The notes beneath the pieces were generated by a model that worked only from the letters and a program-made list of their open reading frames with translations, was not told where the DNA came from and did not search any database. Below, in pieces: positions 12,591-21,156 of a stretch of DNA of 64,000 nt (positions are counted from its first letter, which is position 1; every line of letters begins with the position of its first letter). The stretch covers positions 14,670 to 78,669 of the forward strand of contig JBBATW010000003.1 in the NCBI GenBank assembly GCA_040398585.1, given 5' to 3'. The stretch comes from Agreia sp. (GTDB lineage Bacteria > Actinomycetota > Actinomycetes > Actinomycetales > Microbacteriaceae). Position numbers and translations under genes: made by a program.

Positions 12591-12776
12591 ATGGGGGTTT
12601 TCTCCTTAGGTGTTGTTTCCGCCCACGCGGGCGGAACCCGCTATGCAAGCGGGAGGTCTCGCAGCGCCCCGTATTGGGCGGCGATCCGAACCTTCGATCC
12701 CGTCGCACCGCGACGTTTTGATCGAATCGAACTAATTACTTCCGTTACGTAAGAGCAACGGGTCAAGATTATCAGT
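12591..12776 (-). promoter_or_regulatory. Highly structured pnp 5' leader
   Basis: At least five consecutive hairpins are readable on the minus strand. Examples: UUCCGCCC-gcgu-GGGCGGAA (12636->12617), CCCGC-uugcaua-GCGGG (12653->12637), CGUCGC-ggu-GCGACG, CGCCC-aauacg-GGGCG, CCGUU-N10-AACGG. They are followed by the AAGGAG Shine-Dalgarno and the ATG. Confidence 0.35.
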
Positions 12777-13385
12777 TCAGCGAGAATTCGGGAGGTCTAC
12801 AGGAATTTCTCCCAGTTCTACGTTAACGAGGTAGGGCCGCCCCGTGCCAAGCACCCTCACCGGCACCGTGAAATAATGGCCGCTCGCCGCGAAAGGTTCG
12901 AGGAATGCGTCAAGTTCTCCGCCGATCCCGGCGGGCAGGAAGCCGGCCCGATACACGCGATCGTTGGCAATAAGATCGACCGCCACCCGGTATTCACGCC
13001 CCATCATTCGTGTCGCTCGCGGGGTCAATGCAGCCTCCAACGCAGCACCGCTGAGCGCCCAGGCGGCATCAATGCCAAATTGCCGCCGCGCCGTCTCAAC
13101 GACCTCAATACGCCTAAACGGCCCTGCCATTTTTTCAAAGGCCACGACATCCGTCAGTTGGAGACTGCCCTCGCTGTCGCCGCGGCGGGCCCTCTTCGTG
13201 AAGGGGTTGAATTTGACAGCGACGACGAAGGCTGCCGCTACCAAGAAGCAGACCCCTGCCGCCTGGCTCAGCACCGGAATGCGAAGGGCCAAGGCCACGT
13301 AGGCCAAGCCGCACAACCCGAACACGATCAGGCCGAAAAAGGGCAGCCACTTCAGCAGAGGCATCTTCAGGCGAGCGTGATTCAT
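12777..13385 (-). CDS. Hypothetical membrane protein (2 TM helices plus soluble C-terminal domain)
   Basis: 202 aa. LLKWLPFFGLIVFGLCGLAYVALAL and AAGVCFLVAAAFVVAV are the helices, followed by a ~120-aa domain with no motif I recognise. GC looks locally lower by eye. Confidence 0.5.
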   Translation of the reverse strand: MNHARLKMPLLKWLPFFGLIVFGLCGLAYVALALRIPVLSQAAGVCFLVAAAFVVAVKFNPFTKRARRGDSEGSLQLTDVVAFEKMAGPFRRIEVVETARRQFGIDAAWALSGAALEAALTPRATRMMGREYRVAVDLIANDRVYRAGFLPAGIGGELDAFLEPFAASGHYFTVPVRVLGTGRPYLVNVELGEIPVDLPNSR

Positions 13386-13442
13386 TGCGATTCATCTCCA
13401 TTTGCCCTGACCAGATCCGGGCGATTGTTCTAGAGTCGTGCC

Positions 13443-13742
13443 ATGGACGAGCGAAGAGGTACCCCAGAAGAAAACGACTACGTCGAGACCTCGGCGGAGC
13501 ACGACGGACGCGGCCAAGCGGAGTTCGCCCATCCAGGCGATCCCGATATTGATGATGAGGAGAGTCTGGACAGCGATCTTTTCAGCGGAGCAGACAATGA
13601 CTTCGACACCGACGAGCACATCGACACGCTGGAAATCGACGATCCTGAGGTCACGGCTGATGACCTGGACACCGAAGATCTTCATCGCACGGAGACGGAA
13701 GCCGAGCTCGAGCAGTTGCTTGCCAGCGATACCGAGGACTGA
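13443..13742 (+). CDS. Hypothetical, extremely acidic 99-aa protein
   Basis: ATG-initiated ORF, Asp+Glu about 40%, no Lys and few Arg. The third-position GC bias favours this frame over the antisense ORF 13392..13751. It ends 37 nt before a strong hairpin. Confidence 0.4.
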   Translation: MDERRGTPEENDYVETSAEHDGRGQAEFAHPGDPDIDDEESLDSDLFSGADNDFDTDEHIDTLEIDDPEVTADDLDTEDLHRTETEAELEQLLASDTED

Positions 13743-13778
13743 ACGAACCACACCGCATCGTCGGCCCGGCTACGAGAA

Positions 13779-13808
13779 TGAGCCGCCTCCCCGAAGGGCG
13801 GCGGCTCA
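13779..13808. terminator. Hairpin shared by the convergent acidic ORF and rpsO
   Basis: tgagccgcc-(12 nt)-ggcggctca, a 9-bp stem between the stops at 13742 (+) and 13835 (-). Confidence 0.6.
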
Positions 13809-13834
13809 CTGTCATTGTCTGAAGACGTCTTCGA

Positions 13835-14104
13835 CTAGCGACGCAGTCCGAGACGACCGATCAGCGCGCGGTAGCGGCTGACGTCGATGTCGGACAGGTA
13901 ACCCAGCAGGCGGCGACGCTGGCCTACGAGCAAAAGCAGTCCACGACGTGAGTGGTGGTCATGCTTGTGCTCTTTGAGATGCTCCGTCAGGTCAGTGATG
14001 CGACGCGTAAGCATCGCAACCTGGACCTCAGGGGATCCGGTGTCACCGGGGTGGGTTGCATATTCATCGATGATCGCCTTTTTGACTTCTGACTCAAGTG
14101 CCAT
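13835..14104 (-). CDS. rpsO: 30S ribosomal protein S15
   Basis: [70 protein letters not shown]... 89 aa from ATG 14104, with an AAAGGGGA Shine-Dalgarno upstream. Confidence 0.95.
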   Translation of the reverse strand: MALESEVKKAIIDEYATHPGDTGSPEVQVAMLTRRITDLTEHLKEHKHDHHSRRGLLLLVGQRRRLLGYLSDIDVSRYRALIGRLGLRR

Positions 14105-14381
14105 AGTTGGAGATCCCCTTTCTTCTTGTTGCGCGGCGCCCGACACAGAATGCGTGGGCTCTCTTTATCCGCGGCCGTTAGACGGCAACCTCCTAAGACT
14201 AGCAGGCTCGGGTGCGGCGGTAGCGTAGGCGGTGTGTTGTAGTTCGCTGGGAAACACCCCCTCAAACGTTGAAAGTGCCGACGATATTCCAGCATTTCGC
14301 GGTAACGTTCACTATCTGACGTACCGGGCGTATGCCTATCACCTGACTGAGAAGTCGAATCCAGTTTGAGGAATCCTCTCA

Positions 14382-15524
14382 GTGACGGCAATCCCAGCGC
14401 AGCCAGCAGGGGCGCTCAGCCCCGCAGCAGCTGCACCCTCTTCACAGCGCCCTTCCGTGCGAATCATCAAAACGCGTCCGGGTGGGGGCAACGGAAGCAC
14501 GACGTCGAGCTATTCGTCACTTCTGAACACCATCAAGAACGTGGGCCTGCTTCGCCGGAGAACGGGTTACTACTGGGTTATGTTCTCGGCGCTCGTCATC
14601 GCGATGGGTGCGACTTGGACAGGCTTCGCACTCTTGGGCAACTCCTGGTACCAGTTGATCATTGCCGCGATTCTTGGCATCCTGCTGACGCAGTTTGCGT
14701 TCCTCGCCCATGAGGCCTCGCATCGCGCGGTTTTCACCAGTGGCAAAGCAAACGACCGGGCCGGGCGAATCCTTGCCTCCGGCATTGTCGGTATCAGCTA
14801 CTCGTGGTGGATGAGCAAGCACAGCCGCCATCATGGCAAGCCCAATCAGGTCGGCCTGGACCCCGATATTGAGAAGGACTGGATCTCCTTCCAAGAGAAG
14901 GACGCAGCAGAGGCAAAGGGTGTGGCCGGGTGGCTGACACGTCGACAGGGCTACCTTTTCTTCCCCGTGCTAACCCTCGAGGGCATCAACCTCCACATTC
15001 ATGCTTTCAAGACCGTCTTCGGCAAAGAGAAGGTCGACGCCCGTTCGCTGGAGATCACGTTGTTGAGTGTGCGCATCCTCGGCTACCTGGCGGTTGTTTT
15101 CTACTTCCTGCCGCTGGGCATGGCCTTCGCTTTCGTCGGAGTCCAGCTGGCGATCTTCGGTCTCTACATGGGGGCTTCGTTCGCCCCGAACCACAAGGGA
15201 ATGCCGATCCTGCCGCACGATAGCAAGGTCGATTTCCTGAGCCGCCAGGTTCTCACGTCGCGCAACATCAAGGGCGGCTTCTTTATGGACGTCTTCATGG
15301 GCGGGCTCAATTACCAGGTCGAGCACCACCTGTTCCCGAACATGGCTCGCCCGAGCCTTCGTCGTGCCCAAGAGATCGTCAAGGAATACTGCGCGACGAA
15401 CAACGTGCTCTACACCGAAGCCCGTCTCACTGAAAGCTATGGCATCGTCATCAAGTACCTGAACCGTGTTGGTCTTGCCGCGCGCGACCCGTTTGACTGC
15501 CCGATGTCCAAGGCACTCCGCTAG
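14382..15524 (+). CDS. Membrane fatty-acid (acyl-CoA/acyl-lipid) desaturase
   Basis: Three His boxes: HEASHRA, HSRHHGKPN, QVEHHLFP. TM helices are present in the N-terminal half. GTG start preceded by GAGGA. Confidence 0.85.
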   Translation: MTAIPAQPAGALSPAAAAPSSQRPSVRIIKTRPGGGNGSTTSSYSSLLNTIKNVGLLRRRTGYYWVMFSALVIAMGATWTGFALLGNSWYQLIIAAILGILLTQFAFLAHEASHRAVFTSGKANDRAGRILASGIVGISYSWWMSKHSRHHGKPNQVGLDPDIEKDWISFQEKDAAEAKGVAGWLTRRQGYLFFPVLTLEGINLHIHAFKTVFGKEKVDARSLEITLLSVRILGYLAVVFYFLPLGMAFAFVGVQLAIFGLYMGASFAPNHKGMPILPHDSKVDFLSRQVLTSRNIKGGFFMDVFMGGLNYQVEHHLFPNMARPSLRRAQEIVKEYCATNNVLYTEARLTESYGIVIKYLNRVGLAARDPFDCPMSKALR

Positions 15525-15544
15525 GCAGTAGTTTCCGTCCAAAG

Positions 15545-15585
15545 AAAAAATCACCCGCCGAGACGAATCTGGCGGGTGATTTTTT
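15545..15585. terminator. Bidirectional intrinsic terminator
   Basis: aaaaaaTCACCCGCC-gagacgaatct-GGCGGGTGAttttt. The perfect 9-bp stem is flanked by an A-run and a T-run, between the stops at 15524 (+) and 15611 (-). Confidence 0.7.
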
Positions 15586-15610
15586 CGTTGTGGTAATGAG
15601 GCTTCAGTAT

Positions 15611-15982
15611 TTACGGGACCGAAATCAGGTCGATGACGAAGACGAGGGTCTTGCCGCCGAGGAAATGGCCACCAGCGGGGCCATAGGCCAGGTGCGGTGG
15701 AATGGTCAGCTTACGGCGACCGCCGGCCTGCATTCCTGGGATGCCCTCCTGCCAGCCTGCGATGAGACCGTTCAGCGGGAACGTGATGGTCTCGCCACGG
15801 TTCCAAGACGAGTCGAACTCCTCGCCCGTCGCATATTCCACGCCGAGGTAGTGCACCTCGACCTTGGCGCCGGGCGTTGCCGTCGGGCCCACACCGATAA
15901 TGATGTCCTCGATCACGAGGACCTCTGGCGCTGGGCCCTCGGGGAAGTCGATCTCGGGCTTTGAATTGATGGGATCAGTCAT
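15611..15982 (-). CDS. FKBP-type peptidyl-prolyl cis-trans isomerase
   Basis: VHYLGVEYATGEEFDSSWNRGETITFPLNGLIAGWQEGIPGMQAGGRRKLTIPPHLAYG is a canonical FKBP domain. Start at MTDPIN. Confidence 0.85.
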   Translation of the reverse strand: MTDPINSKPEIDFPEGPAPEVLVIEDIIIGVGPTATPGAKVEVHYLGVEYATGEEFDSSWNRGETITFPLNGLIAGWQEGIPGMQAGGRRKLTIPPHLAYGPAGGHFLGGKTLVFVIDLISVP

Positions 15983-16050
15983 AGTCCTATCCAAGCGTGC
16001 CAGAGCCCGCCGGTCAAAACGTTACTCTCTGGCCAGACACCGCCGATCTC

Positions 16051-18360
16051 CTAGCGGGCGACGTCGATCAGATGCAGACGCTGGGTTGCCCGGGTCATGG
16101 CGACGTAGAGCCCCGACGCACCACGGGATGACTCCGCGAGTATTCCAGCCGGGTCCACGACGACCACGGAGTCGAACTCGAGCCCCTTGGCGTCGTGCGG
16201 AGTGAGCACCGAGATCGCCCGCGTGAGACCTTGGGCGCCCAGTCCGATATCGGCACCGAAATTCTCGGCGAGTGCGACGTACAGTCCAGGCACGCTCTTC
16301 GTCGGCGCAATGACAACCACGGTTCCGAGCCTGTCGATGTCCCGATCGTCTTCCAACACGGTGGTGATGGCATCGAAAAGCGCGTCAGGGTCGTGGGATC
16401 CGGTCTGCACCGAAAGATCGAGCGCCACATGAAAGACCGGCCAGTCACTGTCGCGAACGGCCCGAGACAGGGTGATCGGCAGGTTGTGCGCGATCGCCAT
16501 CCGGTCGGCCTCCTCTGAAATCTGAGACGGAGTTCGGTAGTTCACCGTGAGCTCCTCGAGTCGCCAACGGTCGCCGGGCAGGGCGTTGCCGACGAGCGGG
16601 ATGACCGCATCCTGCCAGCTGTCGGCGCTGGCCGCAGCGCTGGCCTGAGCCATATCGCCCACGATCGTGAACGAGCGCACGGGGCAACGCCTGGCGAGCA
16701 CACGCCACTGCATGGGTGAGAGCTCCTGAGCCTCGTCGACCACGATGTGGCCGTAGGTCCAGCTGCGATCCGCGGCCGCCTGCTCGGCCGTGGTTCCGCG
16801 CACGCTCGACTCTGCGAAGCCGGCGGCGAGGTCTTCCGCGTGAACGAGCCCCTCGACCTGCATGTTCTCGATCGCGTGTTCGGCGTTCTCGATATCGCGC
16901 TTGCGCTGCTGCTTGGCCTCGCGCTTGAGGGCCGCGTTCTGCACGCTGTACTCCCCCAGCAGCTCGGCCGCCTCGTCAAGCAGCGGGACATCCGAGATAG
17001 TGAAGGCTGCGTCGCGCGGCCGACACAGCAGCGCTCTGCGCTCCGGTGACCAGTTAGGAGTGAGCGACACGAGCCACTGGGGCCGGGCGAACAGGTCCTG
17101 CAGCAGCTTCTGCGGCGTCAGCGGCATCCAGGCTGTGTTCAGGGCAATGATGACGTCGTCGGCGGTGCGGAGGTCCTCCTTCAGCACCGCGAGGTCGCTC
17201 TCGTCGATGGTCGAGCCATGAGCCTTCAGCTGATCGCCGAGTTTCCGGGAGAGCTGTCCGAGAGCGCTTTTGACGAAAACGACGCGGGCCTCGTTGTGCG
17301 GCTTGCGGGTCTCTCTCGCCCGATGCATTGCTTGGGCGATGAGGCTGGGCTCCAGCGTCAGGCGCTCACCGTTGATCATCAGTTCCCGGGCGGCCGCCGG
17401 CACGCGCTGGCGGGAGGCCACCGCCCGAGCGATGAGGCCGGCCATATCAGCCGAGCCCTTCACCACGGCGACCTCGGGGGAATCATCGACACTGGCCTCT
17501 ACGCCGGGGTACAACTGCCCCACGGAGGCGACGACGACGCCCGTTTCGCCCAGACTCGGCAGCACCGCCTCAATGTACTGGAGAAACGCTCGTGAGGGCC
17601 CAACGACCAGCACACCGGAGGATGCCAGCCGGTCGCGGTGCGAGTAGAGCAGGTAGGCCGCGCGGTGCAGCGCTACCGCGGTCTTTCCCGTTCCCGGGCC
17701 GCCCTGAACGACGAGAACTCCACCGAGGGGCGAGCGGATGATGCGGTCCTGCTCCGCCTGAATCGTCGCGACGATGTCGTGCATTCGCCCCGTTCGCTGG
17801 GTGGCGAGTGACGCCATCAGCGCGGCCTCGCCCTGCAGATTGTCGGCTCCCGCCGCGAGCAGTTCAGCATCGAATATCTCGTCTTCGACCCGGATGACCG
17901 TGCGGCCGCTGCTGATCAGGTGTCGACGCGCCCGGGCGCCCAAGGGTGTCGCCGCGGTGGCCTGATAGAACGCGGCGGCCTGGGGCACCCGCCAGTCCAA
18001 GAGAATCGGCCGCAACTCTTCGTCGCGAAGGCCGATACGGCCGATATAGCGGAAGGGCGTGCCGAGGTCTTCGTTCTCGACCGTGTCGACGCCCGCCTCG
18101 GTGCGATCCATGAGTTCGAGCCGCCCGAAGGCGAGTCGCTCATCCACCTCGTCGAGCTGCACCAGCCGATCCTCGTAGAGCCGAGCATAGGCATCCCGCT
18201 CCGAGCGACTCTGGTGATTGCCGCCCACGTCATCGCGACGAACCCTGACAAGGGCTTCGCGAGCCTCGCGTCGCAGGGTATCCAGTCGCGCATAGAGAAC
18301 CGCAACATACGCACGCTCGTTCTCAAGCTCGGGTAATGAGATTGGTGCTTCTGAAACCAC
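16051..18360 (-). CDS. helD: HelD-type UvrD-like ATPase (RNA polymerase recycling factor)
   Basis: N-terminal coiled-coil arm (ERAYVAVLYARLDTLRREA...), the DWRVPQAAAFYQAT motif, Walker A GGPGTGKTAVALHRAAYLLY, Walker B VVDEAQELSPMQW. GTG start with AGGGAG 7 nt upstream. Confidence 0.85.
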   Translation of the reverse strand: MVSEAPISLPELENERAYVAVLYARLDTLRREAREALVRVRRDDVGGNHQSRSERDAYARLYEDRLVQLDEVDERLAFGRLELMDRTEAGVDTVENEDLGTPFRYIGRIGLRDEELRPILLDWRVPQAAAFYQATAATPLGARARRHLISSGRTVIRVEDEIFDAELLAAGADNLQGEAALMASLATQRTGRMHDIVATIQAEQDRIIRSPLGGVLVVQGGPGTGKTAVALHRAAYLLYSHRDRLASSGVLVVGPSRAFLQYIEAVLPSLGETGVVVASVGQLYPGVEASVDDSPEVAVVKGSADMAGLIARAVASRQRVPAAARELMINGERLTLEPSLIAQAMHRARETRKPHNEARVVFVKSALGQLSRKLGDQLKAHGSTIDESDLAVLKEDLRTADDVIIALNTAWMPLTPQKLLQDLFARPQWLVSLTPNWSPERRALLCRPRDAAFTISDVPLLDEAAELLGEYSVQNAALKREAKQQRKRDIENAEHAIENMQVEGLVHAEDLAAGFAESSVRGTTAEQAAADRSWTYGHIVVDEAQELSPMQWRVLARRCPVRSFTIVGDMAQASAAASADSWQDAVIPLVGNALPGDRWRLEELTVNYRTPSQISEEADRMAIAHNLPITLSRAVRDSDWPVFHVALDLSVQTGSHDPDALFDAITTVLEDDRDIDRLGTVVVIAPTKSVPGLYVALAENFGADIGLGAQGLTRAISVLTPHDAKGLEFDSVVVVDPAGILAESSRGASGLYVAMTRATQRLHLIDVAR

Positions 18361-18541
18361 GACAAAACTCCCTAGAAGGCGACCCTCGAGTTTACTCGCC
18401 GTGGGGCAAGCTCAGACTGGGAAGTGTTTTCCGGTACTCATGATTTCGCTCGGAGAGGGCCATGGGCGCCGTTCGCCGAGGGCAGCGATGGCCCATTCAA
18501 GCTGCTCCGGGCCACAGCGCCCTATTGCGGCGTGGCCGTTT

Positions 18542-20131
18542 CTAGGAGCCGGGGTTTTCCGCGTCCCGGACAGGCGCATCCGACAGGTCGACGATCGTGA
18601 TTGCCGCGGTGGGTGTCTCGAGTCCTGAGAGTCTGGCCGGAGAGAGCAGCTTCATCACTCGCTCACGCGGCATCAGGCCGGCCTCCACCACGAGGTCGGC
18701 GATATTGCGCTTCGTCAGCAGAGCCGTGTGTGCGAGTGACGACGAGGCGGTGTAGCCGATGTAGGGAGTCAGCGCCGTCACCACACCGATCGAGCTCTGC
18801 ACCATGTCGTGCAGGTGATCGTGGTTCGCGGTGATGCCATCGATGCAGTTGATGCGAAGGGTCCGACAGCCCTGGCGCATCCACGCGAGACTCTGTAGTA
18901 GGGAGTGCGCGATCACCGGTTCGAAGGCGTTCAGTTGCAGCTGGCCGCCCTCGGCCGCCATGGTCACCGTAAGGTCGGCACCGGCAACTGAGAAGGCGAT
19001 CTGATTCACGACCTCGGGAATGACCGGGTTGACCTTGCCTGGCATGATGCTCGAACCTGCCTGACGCGCAGGCAGGTTGATCTCACCGAGGCCGGCCTGG
19101 GGGCCGCTGGAGAGCAGGCGCAGGTCATTGCAGATCTTGGATAGCTTGATTGCGGCCCGCTTCAGCACCCCGGACAGCTGCATGAAGACGCCAACGTCGC
19201 TGGTCGCCTCTATCAGGTCGGCTGCGGTGATGTGGCTGTAGCCGGTCAGCCTGCTGAGCTGGGTACAGACGGATGCCGCGTACCGCGGGTCTGCCGTGAT
19301 GCCTGTTCCGATCGCGGTCGCCCCGAGGTTGATCTCGCCGAGCAGCGGAATGGTCTCGCGAAGACGATCGAGGTCCTCGGTGAGGGTGGTTGCGAAACCA
19401 TGGAACTCCTGGCCAAGTGTCATCGGCACCGCGTCTTGCATCTGCGTACGACCGATCTTCAGGACGTCCGTGAACTCGACCCCCTTGGCAGCGAACGAGT
19501 CCCGAAGGAGGGCGTGCTCGAAGAGCAGCCGCTCGATCGAGAAGCAGAGCGCCAGCTTGACCGAGGTCGGGTAGGTGTCGTTCGTGCTCTGGCTGCGGTT
19601 CACATCATCGAGGGGGTGCAACACGTCGTACCGACCCTTGGCGTAGCCCGCCAACTCGAGGGCGACGTTCGTGATCACCTCGTTGGTGTTCATGTTGGTG
19701 GAGGTACCTGCCCCGCCCTGGATGACGCCCACCACGAACTGGTCATGATGGGTGCCCGAGCGGATGAGTTCGCAGGCGGCCTCGATCCAGGCTGCCTTCT
19801 CCGGCGCAAGGACTCCGATTTCGACGTTGGCCCGAGCTGCGGCCTGCTTGACGATCACGAGGGCGTCGATGAGGTCGGGGTAGACCGAGATTGGGCGACG
19901 GCTGATCGGAAAGTTTTCCAGCGCTCGCGCGGTGTGTACACCCCAATAAGCCTCAACGGGAATGTCTACGCTGCCGAGCGAGTCGGTCTCCGTCCGAAGG
20001 TTGGTAGCAGTGGACGGCCGCAGCGCGGACTCTGCCGTGAACTCTGCCGCCAACCTCTCGGCCGCCGTCGTTGGCGCCGTCACCTTCTTGGGCGGATTTG
20101 TTGCAGCGTTTGAACACTCGGGAATGGTCAC
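18542..20131 (-). CDS. aspA: Aspartate ammonia-lyase
   Basis: RTETDSLGSVDIPVEAYWGVHTARALENFPIS matches an aspartase-type N-terminus, and the lyase-1 signature GSSIMPGKVNPV is present. The start is uncertain. The ORF reaches ATG 20233 but would then overlap the upstream gene by 32 nt. GTG 20131 has AAGGGAG 9 nt upstream, and GTG 20083 is also possible. Confidence 0.85.
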   Translation of the reverse strand: MTIPECSNAATNPPKKVTAPTTAAERLAAEFTAESALRPSTATNLRTETDSLGSVDIPVEAYWGVHTARALENFPISRRPISVYPDLIDALVIVKQAAARANVEIGVLAPEKAAWIEAACELIRSGTHHDQFVVGVIQGGAGTSTNMNTNEVITNVALELAGYAKGRYDVLHPLDDVNRSQSTNDTYPTSVKLALCFSIERLLFEHALLRDSFAAKGVEFTDVLKIGRTQMQDAVPMTLGQEFHGFATTLTEDLDRLRETIPLLGEINLGATAIGTGITADPRYAASVCTQLSRLTGYSHITAADLIEATSDVGVFMQLSGVLKRAAIKLSKICNDLRLLSSGPQAGLGEINLPARQAGSSIMPGKVNPVIPEVVNQIAFSVAGADLTVTMAAEGGQLQLNAFEPVIAHSLLQSLAWMRQGCRTLRINCIDGITANHDHLHDMVQSSIGVVTALTPYIGYTASSSLAHTALLTKRNIADLVVEAGLMPRERVMKLLSPARLSGLETPTAAITIVDLSDAPVRDAENPGS

Positions 20132-20201
20132 TTTTGCGGGCTCCCTTGCCTTATCTGCAGCTTGTTTCCCACAGACTTCCAATGTACCGCTGGGCTGGCT
20201 A

Positions 20202-21038
20202 TTATTCCTCGTGCGTCGTCGGGTCGCCGTCAAATAGTCGCCCGTCTTTTCTGCCGAGGCCTGTGATCGCGGCCATCTCCGCAGCGCTCAACTCGAAGCC
20301 GAACACGTCGAGGTTCTCGCGCTGGCGAACAGGGTCGGCAGACTTGGGCAGTGGGATCGTGCCGAGCTGCACATGCCAGCGAAGCATCGCCTGAGCGGGG
20401 GTGACACCGTGCGCTGATGCGGCGGCGGTGACAGCCTCGGCGCCCATCATAGCCGAGCCCTTGCCCAAAGGGCTCCAGCTCTCGGTGCGGATGCCGTTGG
20501 CTGCGTGGAATTCCAGCAGTTCGGTCTGCGGAAAAAATGGGTGCAGCTCAATCTGGTTGACGGCCGGAAAGACGCCGGTCTCATTCTTCACCTTTTTGAG
20601 AAACTCGATCGTGAAGTTACAGACTCCGACGGAGCGGACTCGGCCCTGGTTCTGGAGGGAGATCATGGCCTCAAAGGTCTCGACGTAGAGACCCACGCTC
20701 GGGTTCGGCCAGTGAATCAGATACAGGTCGATGTAATCGGTGCCCAACCGGGCAAGGGAACCCTCGATAGAGGCAAGGGCAGCGGCCTTGCCATGGTCTG
20801 GGCCGGGAATCTTCGTAGCGAGGAAGAATTCCTCGCGGGAAATCCCCGAGGCGGCGACGGCTCTTCCCACGGCGTCCTCGTTGCGGTAGTACACCGCTGT
20901 GTCCAGCAGCCGGTAACCTGCTTCTATGGCGGTGGCGGTGGCGGTTTCGCATTCGTCACCCCTCATCGGATAGGTGCCGAATCCGAGGGCGGGCAGGTCG
21001 TTTCCGTCGGTCAGGTGGTACGTGGGGATTAAAGTCAT
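20202..21038 (-). CDS. Aldo/keto reductase (2,5-diketo-D-gluconate reductase-like)
   Basis: LPALGFGTY...YRLLDTAVYYRNE...IDLYLIHWP...NQIELHP. The AKR catalytic tetrad context is present. Start at MTLIPTY. Confidence 0.85.
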   Translation of the reverse strand: MTLIPTYHLTDGNDLPALGFGTYPMRGDECETATATAIEAGYRLLDTAVYYRNEDAVGRAVAASGISREEFFLATKIPGPDHGKAAALASIEGSLARLGTDYIDLYLIHWPNPSVGLYVETFEAMISLQNQGRVRSVGVCNFTIEFLKKVKNETGVFPAVNQIELHPFFPQTELLEFHAANGIRTESWSPLGKGSAMMGAEAVTAAASAHGVTPAQAMLRWHVQLGTIPLPKSADPVRQRENLDVFGFELSAAEMAAITGLGRKDGRLFDGDPTTHEE

Positions 21039-21156
21039 GGCCAAGAACGTAACGCGCCACGGAGGTCGTGTCAAGAGCCTTTCACGTTCGGTGAACTAGC
21101 GGCTGGCTCGGTCCACAGTATTCTTGTTGCTCGGGGCCCAGAGAAAGAATGCAGCC

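Noticed and set aside
18403-18411. GGGGCAAGC upstream of helD as a possible rifamycin-associated element half-site
   Set aside because: No inverted partner (GCTTGCCCC) is present nearby, and the sequence does not match the palindromic consensus as I remember it. I treat it as a chance GC-rich 9-mer.
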